64,000 bases of DNA from an uncultured Solirubrobacterales bacterium (GCA_963740055.1 CAVUCL010000002.1:24849-88848), one strand, 5' to 3'. Counted from the first letter of the stretch, positions 49,230 to 58,285 are shown. A program made the numbers and translations. The notes: generated by a model from the sequence alone, not told the origin.

Positions 49230-51224
49230 TCAGTCGCGCTCGAGGCGAGCGGCGAGCTCGACGAAGTAGTCGAGCGAGTCCGGGTTCGCGAGCGAGTCCC
49301 GCGAGGCGGCGCGCTCGGGTGCGGTGCCGGTCAGGATCCGCTTCACCGGCACCTCGAGGACCTTGCCGCTGAGCGTGCGCGGGACCTCGTCGATCGCGAA
49401 CACCTCGTCGGGCACGTGGCGCGGCGAGCACTGCTCGCGGATCCGGCGGCGCGATCTCGCCGCGGAGCTCGTCGTCGAGCTCGGCGCCCTCGCGCAGGAC
49501 GACGAACAGCGGCATCCAGCCCTCGGTCCCCGGGCGCGGGACGTCGACGACGAGCGCGTCGATGATCTCGTCGACGGCGGCGACCGCGCGGTAGATCTCC
49601 GAGGTGCCCATGCGGATCCCGGAGCGGTTGATGGTCGAGTCCGAGCGCCCGTAGATGATCGCCGTCCCGCGCGAGGTGATCTCGATCCAGTCGCCGTGGC
49701 GCCAGATGCCCGGGATACATCTCGAAGTAGCTGGCGCGGTAGCGCGAGCCGTCGTCGTCGCCCCAGAAGCACGATCGGCATCGACGGCATCGGCTCGGTG
49801 ATCACCAGCTCGCCGACCTCGTCGACGACCGCCTCGCCGTCCTCGTTCCAGGCCTCGACCGCGCAGCCGAGCGAGCGGCCCTGGAGCTCGCCGCGGTAGA
49901 CGGGCAGCGTCGGCACCCCGCCGACGAACGCGGTGCAGACGTCGGTGCCGCCGGAGGTCGAGAACAGCCAGGTGTCGGCGCCGAGCGTGGTCGTAGATCC
50001 ACTGAAAGCCCTCCGGCGCCAGCGGCGAGCCGGTCGAGCCGACCGCACGCAGGGCGCCGAGGTCGCGGCCCGGCGGCCGGTTCGACCCCTGCCTTCATGC
50101 AGGCGGCGACGTAGCTGGCCGAGGTGCCGAAGCAGGTGACCCCGGCGGCGTCGGCGAGGTCCCAGAGCACGCCCATGTCCGGATGGCCCGGGCTGCCGTC
50201 GTAGAGCACGATCGAGGCCTCGGTGAGCAGGACGCCGACGAGGAAGTTCCACATCATCCAGCCGGTGGTGGTGAACCAGAAGACGCGGTCGCCCGTGCTG
50301 CGCGTCGAGGTGGAGGCTGAGCTTCTTCAGCTGCTCGAGCAGGATCCCGCCGTGGCCCTGGACGATCGCCTTCGGCAGCCCGGTGGTCCCCGACGAGTAG
50401 AGGACCCAGAGCGGGTGGTCGAAGGCGACCTGCTCGAAGGCGATCTCGCCCGGGTCGCCGCCGGCGAGCAGGTCGTCCCAGGTGAGCGCGCCGCGCAGGG
50501 CCGAGGTGTCGGGCGTCGGGATCGAGGTAGGGGAGGACGATCGTGTGCTGAGACCGTGGGCATCTCGGCGAGCAGCCCGGCGACGACGTCGCGGCGGTCG
50601 AAGTCGCGGCCGTTGTAGCGGTAGCCGTCGACGCAGAAGAGCACCTTGGGCTCGATCTGGGCGAAGCGGTCGACGACGCTAGCCGGCGCCGAAGTCGGGC
50701 GAGCAGCTCGACCAGATCGGCGCCGATCGAGGCGCTGGCGAGGAAGGCGATCAGGGCCTCGGGAACGTTCGGCATGTAGGCGACGACGCGGTCGCCCGGC
50801 TCGACCCCGAGCGCGCGCAGTCCCGCCGCGACGCGAGCGACCGCGCTCGCGCAGCTCGCCCCAGGTGAGCGAGTCGAGCTCGCGCAGCTCGGAGGCGTGC
50901 TGGATCGCGAGCCGGTCGGCGGGCTTGGCGCCGAGCAGGTTCTCGGCGTAGTTGAGCCGCGCGCCGGTGAACCACCGCGCGCCCGGCATCTCGCGGCTCG
51001 CGAGCACCTGCTCGTAGGGCTGCCGACGCGCGGACGTCGAAGTGCTCCCAGATCGTCGCCCAGAACTCCTCGAGCGAGTCGATCGACCAGCGCCAGAGCG
51101 CGTCGTAGTCGCCCTCGAACGCGAGCCCGCGCTCGTCGGCGAGCCAGCGCATGTACGCGGTCAGGTTCGAGCGCTCGATCGCCTCGGCCGAGGGTTCCCA
51201 GAGCTTTACCGGCGATTCGTTCAC
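49230..51224 (-). pseudogene. acetoacetyl-CoA synthetase (acyl/acetyl-CoA synthetase family) with about 12 frame disruptions
   Basis: Colinear AACS sequence runs from GTG at 51224 (VNESPVKLWEPSAEAIERSNLTAYMRWL...) to ...SGKVLEVPVKRILTG...ERD, with the stop at 49230. It is spread over ORFs 50751..52217, 50327..51007, 50254..50775, 49802..50257, 49230..50252, 49343..49720 and 49078..49611. Confidence 0.75.
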
Positions 51225-52451
51225 GCGGCGGTCGCCCCGGCGAGCTCCGCCTCGCCGGAGCGGGCCGACGTCGCGGTCGAGGGCGCGGATCAGCTCGAGC
51301 GCGAAGCCGTGGGCGCGCTCGAGCGCCTCGGGTCTGATCGCGCCCGGCTGTCGGTCGGCAGGTGGTGGTCGGGGATCAGGCCGTCGGAGTCGCGACAGGT
51401 GATCGCGATCGACTGCGAAGCCGGCGAGCCGCGGGGGCACCGCGTCGCCCGCCGAGCCGCGGCGCAGCGGCTTCGCGCGAAAGCGCCGGTCGCCCTCGGC
51501 GTCGGCCTCGGCGATCGCCTCGCAGAGCTCGATCAGGCGCCGGTCGGCCGGGTAGCTCGACCACCCAGCCGGCGCCGGTCTCGAAGCGGAGCGTCGCCGC
51601 CGACCGACGCTGTCGAGGTCGATGAACACGGTCGAATCGCGCTCGAGCCGCTTGCGGTGGCGGCGCACGAACGCGCGCATGCCCTCCTGGCCGGCACTCC
51701 TCGGCGCCGTCGAGCACGAACCAGACGTCGAGGTTCGCCGGTGCCTCGGCTTCGAGCTCGCGCGCGAGCGAGATCGCCGTCGCGACCCCGGACGCGTTGT
51801 CGTTGGCGCCGGGGACGACCGCCGAGAGCTCGATCTCGACCAGGGCGAAGAACGCCGACCAGGAGGGCGAGCGTGGGGAGGAGCTGCAGCGACGGAGATC
51901 GCGCCGGAATCGACTCCCGCCATCCGCAGCGCCGAGCAGCGGCAGCAGCGCGGCCAGCGACCAGAACAGGATCCGAAACGGGCCGAGCGGCACGGGACGC
52001 GACGCGCGATCCGGGCCGCGCGCGCGGCGCGGGCGGGGGCGTGGATCGCCCCGGTGCGCCCGGCGTCGAGGTGGGCGCTGACGATCACTCGCAGCGGGGC
52101 GGCCGGGCGCCGGCCGAGCGAGACGACGTTCTGCGAGGCGCGGCGAAAGAACAGCGACCGGACCAGGTAGAGCCGGTAGTTGAGATCGAGGTACATCGAG
52201 GTCGCGGCGACGAGCACGAGCGCGAAGCCCGAGCGCGGGGGTCGAGATCGCGATCAGGCTGCCGGCGAAGCCGAGCGCGCAGTGGGCCGCGTGCACGAGC
52301 GCCGAACTGCGGGTGGACGTAGGTCGGCTCGACCTCGGCTCGGCGGCCGAGCTCGCGCAGGCGCTCGGCGAGCCGGTTCGCGGCCCGCCGCTCGGCGTCG
52401 GTGCCGGCGAGGCGGCCGCTCGAACGAGCAGAGCTCGCGAATGATCTCCAT
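51221..52451 (-). pseudogene. membrane M28-family metallopeptidase with many frame disruptions
   Basis: ATG at 52451 (MEIIRELCSFER...). Pieces LAGTDAERRAANRLAERL, VHAAHCALGFAGSLIAIS, VIVSAHLDAGRTGAI, VVPGANDNASGVATAISLAREL, VWFVLDGAEE and FIDLDSVG occur in alternating frames. The probable stop overlaps the AACS start (GTGA). Confidence 0.55.
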
Positions 52452-52471
52452 GCGCCCCTGGACGTCCACTA

Positions 52472-52555
52472 TGCGGCGGGTGGGACTCGAACCCACAAGC
52501 GCTTTCGCGCAGCGGCTTTTGAGACCGCCACCTTTGCCAATTTGGTCACCGCCGC
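52472..52555 (-). tRNA. tRNA-Leu (anticodon CAA)
   Basis: Hand fold: acceptor GCGGCGG/CCGCCGC, anticodon stem GCGGT/GCCGC with loop CTCAAAA, long variable arm, T arm GTGGG-TTCGAGT-CCCAC, discriminator A. CCA is not encoded. Confidence 0.85.
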
Positions 52556-52571
52556 CGGCCGGACCATTCTG

Positions 52572-52611
52572 CAACAAAAGCGAGAGCCGCCCCTCGAAAG
52601 GGGCGGCTCTC
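52572..52611 (-). terminator. rho-independent terminator of the M28 aminopeptidase gene
   Basis: On the minus strand: GAGAGCCGCCCC-TTTCGA-GGGGCGGCTCTC followed by GCTTTTGTTG. It begins 24 nt after the stop at 52636. Confidence 0.75.
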
Positions 52612-52635
52612 GCGCTCAACCGATGTGAGCGGGCG

Positions 52636-54209
52636 CTACTTGCGCAGCTCCTCGCCCAGGTACTTGCCGCGCATCTTCTTCGCCTTCTTCGTCTTCCTCG
52701 CGGCGTCCGGCCGGGGGATGAACTTGAGGTTGTAGGCGTAGTGGTTGACCGTGTGCGCGACCGCGTCCGACATCTGTCTCAGCCCACGGCGGCTGATGTT
52801 GTCGATGTCGTCGCAGGCTTGGTGGTAGCAGGGATCGAAGGCCTCGCCCTCGGTGCCGCCGTATGCCTGCTGCTGGGCCTCGGTCTTGATCTCCTCCGCC
52901 CCGGTGAACAGGCCACCGGCGGGGATTCCGACGTCGATGAACGGGCCGTAGTCCGAACGCCGTCGAACGCCGTCTGGCCGCTGGCCAGGTCCTTGCGATC
53001 GAAGTAACGCTCGAACGTGCGCTCGATCGCGTCCGAGCCGTCCGGGCCCGGGCTACCGAACTTCGACCCGTTGCCGTCGTAGATGAATCGCGCGAAGTTC
53101 GGCGACCCGATCATGTCGAAGTTGAGGTAGAGCGCGATGTCCGTGCCCTCCTCCTCGGTGAGCTGGGAGACGTAGTAGGTCGAGCCGACGAGGCCCTCCT
53201 CCTCCGCGCCCCAGAACGCGAACCGGAGCTTGTTCTCGGGCGTCAGGCTTCCCTTGCCCTGAGCGATCTGCTCCGCGAGCTCGAGCAGCGTCGCCGAGCC
53301 CGTGCCGTTGTCGTTGATTCCCGGCCCTTCGGTGACGCTGTCGAGGTGCGCACCGGCCATGACCACGTTGTCGGGATCGCCCTTCTTCGTCTCGGCGATC
53401 ACGTTCTCGGTCGTGCGCTCCTCGGAGTGGGTGACCGTCTTGATGTGGACCGTGGTTCCGGTGGCGCCGTTGGCGACCCCGTTCGAGAGATCCTCGCCGG
53501 TGGCGAAGCTCGTGTCGACGGCGGGGATCGCGGCGTTCGGGCCGCCCAGGGTGCCGAAGATGACGTCCGTTCGACCCGGCTGACCCTCGTTGAAGATCAC
53601 CGCGCCGACGGCTCCGGCCGCTGCCGCGTTGTCGACCTTGACCCGGAAGTCACAGGTGCCGCGCTGCATCAGCGCGATCTGGCCCGAGACCCCGGTGCCG
53701 GTGAAGTCCTCCGGCTCGCAGCCCGAGTTCGACGTGCTCGGCTCCGCGCCGGGCGGCAGCACGAGGTCGATCGCCACCAGCTCCTCGGTGACGTCGCCGC
53801 TGCCCGAGAACTCCATCGTCGAGTACTCCTCGTTCTCGACGTAGGTCTGGGGGTCCGGTGCGGTCTGCTCGAACACCGAGTCCTCGTCCTGGAAGAAGAC
53901 GTCGAAGTCGAACGCCTGCAGGCTGACCTTCCAGCCGGCCTTGTCGAGCTTGTCGGCGACGTAGTCGACCGATGCATCGTGCCCGCCGAAGCCGGAGGCG
54001 CGGTTGCCGCCGTTGGCGTCGGCGATCGCCTGGAACTGCTCGAGCTCGTCGATGATCGCATCGACCTCGAGCGCCTGGCGGAGCTTCTGCGAGCCCTCGA
54101 AGCTGCCCGATCCGGAAGCGCTCTTTCCTGCCGTGGCGCTGCCGACGAGCGCGGTGAGCGCGACGAGCGCGGCGATGGCGCCGAGCACGTGCGCGTGTCT
54201 TCTGATCAC
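52636..54209 (-). pseudogene. secreted M28 aminopeptidase with PA domain, one frameshift near the 3' end
   Basis: Signal peptide, then PA domain, then HLDSVTEGPGINDNGTGSATLLELA, FAFWGAEEEGLVGS and NFDMIGSPN. After ...QTAFDG the expected RSDYGPFIDVGIPAGGLFTGAEE...CYHQACDD...LRK continues in another frame to the TAG at 52636. 1574 nt is not a multiple of 3. Confidence 0.8.
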
Positions 54210-54324
54210 GAGTGATCCTCCCTCGAAGAACGTTTCTGCGGGGCCCCCCTTCCCTGCACCGATGACAGGTCGCTACCCGGTTGCGGTCGATCCCATTCCT
54301 GCGCCGAGCGCTACCGTCGAGGGC

Positions 54325-55023
54325 ATCTGCGGGCGCTACACGCTGACCAATCCCGACCCTGCTCGGCTGCGGGCCCGCTTCGACCTGCTCGAGAGCGCAA
54401 AGCCCGCCGACGAGCCTCGGTTCAACATCGCGCCCACCGACCCGGTGCTGGCGATCCGCCGCGACGAGGACGGGACGCGCGACCTCGGCCGGCTGCGCTG
54501 GGGCCTGGTCCCCGGACGCTGGGCGCAGAAGCGCTCCGCCCGGCCGCTGATCAACGCGCGCGCCGAGACCCTCGGCGAGCAGCCGGCGTTCGCCGAGTCG
54601 TTTCGCGAGCGCCGCTGCCTGATTCCGGCGGACGGGTTCTACGAGTGGCTCAGCGACGAGCGCGGCAAGCGCCCGATCTGGCTCAGTCGCCCGGACGCGG
54701 AGCTGTTCGCGTTCGCCGGCGTCTGGGCGCGCCTCGACCCGGCCGAGCCCGGTACCGAGCCGCTGCACAGCTGCGCGATCGTGACCTGCCGCCCGAACGC
54801 GCTCATGCGACCGATCCACGACCGGATGCCGGTCGTGCTCGAGCCGGGCGCCGAGGCCGCCTGGCTCGATCCGGAGCTCGACCCGACCGAACTGCTCGGG
54901 CTGCTGGTTCCGGCGGCCGACGAGGCGCTCGTCGCGCGCGAGGTCGGCGACCACGTCAACGACGTGCGCAAGGACGGGCCCGAGCTGATCGCCCCGCGCG
55001 ACGAGCAGCGGGCGCTGTTCTAG
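54325..55023 (+). CDS. SOS-response-associated peptidase (SRAP/YedK family, abasic-site sensor)
   Basis: CGRYTLTN...PRFNIAPT...RWGLVP.W...INARAET...RRCLIPADGFYEW...FAGVW...SCAIVT..PN..M.PIHDRMPVVL. The codon before the catalytic Cys is ATC (54325), not ATG. The nearest in-frame ATG is at 54262. Confidence 0.8.
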   Translation: MCGRYTLTNPDPARLRARFDLLESAKPADEPRFNIAPTDPVLAIRRDEDGTRDLGRLRWGLVPGRWAQKRSARPLINARAETLGEQPAFAESFRERRCLIPADGFYEWLSDERGKRPIWLSRPDAELFAFAGVWARLDPAEPGTEPLHSCAIVTCRPNALMRPIHDRMPVVLEPGAEAAWLDPELDPTELLGLLVPAADEALVAREVGDHVNDVRKDGPELIAPRDEQRALF

Positions 55024-55033
55024 GGACCGCGGC

Positions 55034-55570
55034 TCAGGCGGGCGCCGGAGCGGCGCGGGAGTCGTCGTCCTCGCCGTGCAGCGGGCGGCCGCCGATCGGC
55101 CGCTCCTCCTCGACGTGCCACTCCTGCGCGAAGCCGATCATCGCGACGACGATCAGCAGCAGCTGAACCGGGACGACGATCAGCGTCAGCAGGCCGAGCA
55201 GGTCCTCGGGCAGGGCGGGCGAGTCGAGCCCGTCCTTGGAGCGCGCGAACCACTCGGGGGCGGCGATCGCGGCGAAGATCGCGAGGATGATCGCGAGCGC
55301 CGCGGCGACCGGGAGCAGGCCGCGGTTCCAGCGCATGATCAGGAACGCGAAGATGATGTAGAGGCCGGCCCAGGCGAGGGTCATGAAGCCGACGCTGGCG
55401 CCGAGCAGGCGCTCCCAGCCGCCGAGCGTGACCACGATCAGCAACCCGGCGCTGATCAGCAGGACGAAGGCGATCACCGCCTTCATCGTCTTGCACTCGG
55501 CCTTCTCGCGGTTGGGCCGCCAGAGCTCATAGCCCTCGCGCGCTTCTGCGACCTGCATCCGGGCAAGCAT
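55034..55570 (-). CDS. membrane protein, unknown function
   Basis: Four predicted TM helices (VIAFVLLISAGLLIVV, FMTLAWAGLYIIFAFLI, LPVAAALAIILAIFAAIAA, LLTLIVVPVQLLLIVVAMIGF). Start uncertain. Confidence 0.5.
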   Translation of the reverse strand: MLARMQVAEAREGYELWRPNREKAECKTMKAVIAFVLLISAGLLIVVTLGGWERLLGASVGFMTLAWAGLYIIFAFLIMRWNRGLLPVAAALAIILAIFAAIAAPEWFARSKDGLDSPALPEDLLGLLTLIVVPVQLLLIVVAMIGFAQEWHVEEERPIGGRPLHGEDDDSRAAPAPA

Positions 55571-55623
55571 ATGCGCTCGCGCGACGGCGCGCGGCGGTTC
55601 CGGTGCGCGCGCCGTGCACGGGC

Positions 55624-55651
55624 TTGCGACCGGGCTTCGCGGGCCTAGAAT
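55624..55651 (+). promoter_or_regulatory. sigma-70-like promoter for the tRNA-Leu/tRNA-Trp pair
   Basis: TTGCGA (55624-55629), a 16-nt spacer, then TAGAAT (55646-55651), 9 nt before the tRNA 5' end. A second TAGAAT lies at 57236-57241, 10 nt before tRNA-Gly. Confidence 0.45.
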
Positions 55652-55660
55652 CGATCATCC

Positions 55661-55743
55661 GCGGGCGTGGTGGAATTGGCATACACGCCGTCTTTAGGTG
55701 GCGGTGCTCTCTGAGCTTGGGGGTTCGAATCCCTCCGCCCGCA
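55661..55743 (+). tRNA. tRNA-Leu (anticodon TAG)
   Basis: Acceptor GCGGGCG/CGCCCGC, anticodon stem CCGTC/GGCGG with loop TTTAGGT, long variable arm, T arm GGGGG-TTCGAAT-CCCTC. Confidence 0.9.
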
Positions 55744-55761
55744 TCTAGACTTGCCCCGCTC

Positions 55762-55832
55762 GGGGGACTGGTGTAACGGCAACATAGCGGTCTCCAAAAC
55801 CGCTGCTCGAGGTTCGATTCCTCGGTCCCCCG
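55762..55832 (+). tRNA. tRNA-Trp (anticodon CCA)
   Basis: Acceptor GGGGGAC/GTCCCCC, anticodon stem GCGGT/ACCGC with loop CTCCAAA, T arm CGAGG-TTCGATT-CCTCG, discriminator G. Confidence 0.85.
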
Positions 55833-55886
55833 CTGACCGCCGACCGCTGGCCGCAACTCGGCCGCGGATCGGGGGTTTGAGCTGTA

Positions 55887-55910
55887 CAGCGCGCCGGCAG
55901 GGGCGCGCTG
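55887..55910 (+). terminator. GC-rich hairpin after tRNA-Trp / in the 5' leader of the first CAP gene
   Basis: CAGCGCGCC-ggcagg-GGCGCGCTG is a perfect 9-bp stem. It is followed by AAACTTCCTTT, with no clean T tract, so its function is uncertain. Confidence 0.35.
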
Positions 55911-55927
55911 AAACTTCCTTTCCGACC

Positions 55928-56530
55928 ATGACCCAGACCCAGACGGCATCGAGACGACGGCTGCTCGCGGTGACCGCGCTCGCCGCGGTCGGCGCGGCGC
56001 TGCTCGCGGCGGTCGCGATCGGCGCGAGCGAGGGCGCGGCGCCGACCAGCGCCGCCGCCGGGGTCTCGTGCCACGGCGCCGACGAGCCCGCCGGCGAGCT
56101 CGGCCGCAAGCAGCTGCGCAAGGCCGTTCGCTGCCTGGTCAACGAGCGGCGGGCGATTCGCGGACTCGGCGCGCTCGCCCGCAACCGGAGCCTGGAGAAG
56201 ACGGCGCAGCGCCACAGCAAGGTCATGGTCGAGACCGATTGCCTCGCCCATCGCTGCGAGGGCGAGCGCCGGCTCGAGTCGAGGCTGCGGCGGGCGGGCT
56301 ACTTCGCCGGCGCGAGCTCGTGGCGCTATGCCGAGAACACCGGCTGCGGCGCGAGCGCCGAGGCGATGGTCTCGAGCTGGATGGAGCGCAGCTACCACCG
56401 CACGAACATCCTCGATAAGGGGTTTCGCGAAGTCGGCATCGGCGTCACCGGCCGACCGGTCGAAGGGCGCTGCGAGCCCGGCTACGCGACCTTCGCGATG
56501 ATCGCCGGCCGGCGCACGCTCGCCGACTGA
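55928..56530 (+). CDS. secreted CAP/SCP/PR-1-like (YkwD-type) domain protein
   Basis: ATG at 55928 with a Tat-like/signal N-terminus (ASRRRLLAVTALAAVGAALLA). VNERRAIRGLGAL.RN..L..TAQRHSKVM...H...YAENTG...MVSSWMERSYHRTNIL...REVGIGV. Confidence 0.75.
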   Translation: MTQTQTASRRRLLAVTALAAVGAALLAAVAIGASEGAAPTSAAAGVSCHGADEPAGELGRKQLRKAVRCLVNERRAIRGLGALARNRSLEKTAQRHSKVMVETDCLAHRCEGERRLESRLRRAGYFAGASSWRYAENTGCGASAEAMVSSWMERSYHRTNILDKGFREVGIGVTGRPVEGRCEPGYATFAMIAGRRTLAD

Positions 56531-56609
56531 ACGCGGTTTCGCGTCGCTCCGCCTCCGAAGCGGGGGGCGGTGGACGCATGTTCGGCGCCGCTGAAGCGGA
56601 GGCCGCAGA

Positions 56610-57215
56610 GTGCCGACGAGGCGGGAGATGGTGCTGCGCATCGGAAACGTCTCCCTGCCGCTGGTCGGCGCGCTCGCGCTGCTGATCGCGCTCGCGCTCG
56701 TGCTGCTCGCCGGTCCCGGCGCTTCCTCGGCGCAGGCGAGCGCCTGCAAGCGCTACGGCGACCTCGAGGCGCGCAAGCTTTCCAACGGCGAGGCGCGCGA
56801 CGCGATCCGCTGCCTGATCAACAACGAGCGCCAGCGCCGCGGCCTACCCGGGCTCGATCGGTCGAAGAAGCTGCAGAAGGCCGCGCAGCGCCACAACAAG
56901 CGCATGGACGGGACCGGATGCTTCTCGCACCAGTGCTCGGGCGAGGCGGGACTCGAGTCGCGGCTGCGCAGCGTCGGCTACCTCAACGGCGGGCTCTCGC
57001 GCTGGGCCTACGGCGAGAACATCGCCTGGGGCGCGGTCGGCCACGGCACTCCGGAGGCGATCGTCGAGATGTGGATGAACTCGAGCGGCCACCGCGCCAA
57101 CATCCTCAGTCCCCTCTTCCGCGAGGTCGGGGTCGGCTTCTCGACCGGCACGCCCACCGACAAGCACGCTCCCGCGGGCATCTACACGACCACGTTCGGC
57201 CTCGCGCAGGGCTGA
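56610..57215 (+). CDS. secreted CAP/SCP/PR-1-like domain protein, paralog
   Basis: INNERQRRGLPGL.RSKKLQKAAQRHNKRM...YGENIAWG...IVEMWMNSSGHRANILSPLFREVGVGF. Same cysteine pattern as the upstream paralog. Confidence 0.75.
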   Translation: MPTRREMVLRIGNVSLPLVGALALLIALALVLLAGPGASSAQASACKRYGDLEARKLSNGEARDAIRCLINNERQRRGLPGLDRSKKLQKAAQRHNKRMDGTGCFSHQCSGEAGLESRLRSVGYLNGGLSRWAYGENIAWGAVGHGTPEAIVEMWMNSSGHRANILSPLFREVGVGFSTGTPTDKHAPAGIYTTTFGLAQG

Positions 57216-57251
57216 GCGCGGGCGCCCCGCAGGGCTAGAATCGCCCTCCGC

Positions 57252-57323
57252 GCGGGCGAAGTGTTACTGGTTGCACGTGAGCCTTCCAAGCTCGAAGAAC
57301 GGGTTCGAGCCCCGTCGCCCGCT
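57252..57323 (+). tRNA. tRNA-Gly (anticodon TCC)
   Basis: Acceptor GCGGGCG/CGCCCGC, anticodon loop CTTCCAA, T arm ACGGG-TTCGAGC-CCCGT, discriminator T. Confidence 0.9.
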
Positions 57324-57367
57324 TGCCGTCCGGCCGCTCGTGGCTTGACGTAGACTCGGATCGACCA

Positions 57368-57441
57368 CGGGGCGTGGCGCAGTCTGGTAGCGCACTCGGC
57401 TGGGGGCCGAGCGGTCGCTGGTTCAAATCCAGTCGCCCCGA
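57368..57441 (+). tRNA. tRNA-Pro (anticodon GGG)
   Basis: Acceptor CGGGGCG/CGCCCCG, anticodon stem CTCGG/CCGAG with loop CTGGGGG, T arm GCTGG-TTCAAAT-CCAGT, discriminator A. Confidence 0.9.
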
Positions 57442-57451
57442 CTGAGACGAC

Positions 57452-57475
57452 GCGTCCCCGCGTCCCCACGTCCCC
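57452..57475 (+). repeat. three tandem 8-nt iterons (G/A)CGTCCCC right after tRNA-Pro
   Basis: GCGTCCCC GCGTCCCC ACGTCCCC. The reverse complement GGGGACG occurs three times in each long arm repeat (59408-59433 and 63181-63207). Confidence 0.6.
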
Positions 57476-57540
57476 ACTCGGGGGAGGCCCTGCTTTGCGG
57501 CGCGTGAGCGCGGCACGCGGCGGATCCTGAGCCTGCTCGG

Positions 57541-57946
57541 CTAGTCCACGCGCTCGAGCACGATGACCGGGATCTCTCTCTCGGTCCGCCGCTGATACTC
57601 GTCGTAGGCCGGGTAGTAGCCGGCCATCGTCCGCTCACTTCGGTCTCTCCTGGGGAGTCGCCTCCCGCGCCCGGGACTTGAACCTCGCCCTTGATCTGCA
57701 CCTCGACCTCGGGTCTGCCTTCAGGTCGAGATACCAGGGCGGGTGCGTCGGAGCGCCGCAGTCGGACGCGATCAGCACCACGTCGTCGCCGCGGCGCCCG
57801 TAGAGCAGCGGCGTGGTCCGCTTCTCACCCGATTTGCGGCCGGTGGTGGTCAGCAACAGCACGAGGGCCTCGCGCCAGTAGTGGCCCTCCTCGCCGTCGG
57901 TGGTGCGATAGCGCTCGACGTGCTCCTGGCCGTAGAGCTCAGGCAT
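57541..57946 (-). pseudogene. deazaflavin (F420)-dependent nitroreductase/DDN family protein, 3' part disrupted
   Basis: MPELYGQEHVERYRTTDGEEGHYWREALVLLLTTTGRKSGEKRTTPLLYGRRGDDVVLIAS..GAPTHPPWYLDLKADP is intact. Then EVEVQIKGE, FKSRAREATPQERPK and MAGYYPAYDEYQRRTEREIPVIVLERVD lie in three different frames, with an in-frame TGA. Confidence 0.65.
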
Positions 57947-58140
57947 GACGCGATCATCGCAGGTGGCCGATCGCGGTTTGGCGGCTCGTCTCGCGGCGTG
58001 GCGACGACGTGTGAACACCCGCGCCGAGGCTGAACTGGCGGCGGCGCCGCGACGAGTAGGAGTCCGTGCTGGGAGATCATGGCCTGCGCCCTTCGCGTGG
58101 ATGCGGGGACCTCGGCCGCTGGGATGAGACTCCGCCATAC

Positions 58141-58257
58141 CCGCTTTGGATGAAAGCCGGCAGCCGCGATCAGGCCGGTAGCGTGCTCGCTCCACGATCC
58201 GTGGGTGCTAACGAGAAGCGAATCGGGCCGGGTATTCGATTTACCTGCGACGCACGG
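58141..58257 (+). repeat. R2 repeat, copy A
   Basis: CCGCTTTGGA...GATCAGGCCGGTAGCG.GCTCGCTC.ACGATCCGTG.GT...CGAGAA.CGAATCGGGCC...ACCTGCGA. By eye about 80% identical to copy C over ~115 nt. Confidence 0.6.
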
Positions 58258-58285
58258 ACCTAGGCGGAGGAAGTTGGGCTGGCGG

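Noticed and set aside
49230-51224. Programmed ribosomal frameshifting or recoding in the acetoacetyl-CoA synthetase gene
   Set aside because: About twelve events in 2 kb, with no slippery heptamers or downstream structures at the junctions I resolved. The neighbouring gene shows the same behaviour, which is incompatible with programmed recoding.
52472-52555. Possible tRNA-Sec (TCA visible in the anticodon region plus a long variable arm)
   Set aside because: With a standard 5-bp anticodon stem (GCGGT/GCCGC) the 7-nt loop is CTCAAAA, giving anticodon CAA. The acceptor stem is 7 bp, not 8. It is a class II tRNA-Leu.
55661-55743. Alternative fold giving anticodon TTA (ochre suppressor)
   Set aside because: That register needs two G-U/U-G pairs in the anticodon stem. 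The register with stem CCGTC/GGCGG gives loop TTTAGGT and anticodon TAG. That fits a class II Leu tRNA with its long variable arm.
57324-57367. R2 as a diverged duplicate of the tRNA-Pro upstream region plus the tRNA 5' half
   Set aside because: Only scattered short matches were found (GGCCGCT, ACTCG..TCGAC, GTAGCG). That is too weak to support by eye and would need a proper alignment.
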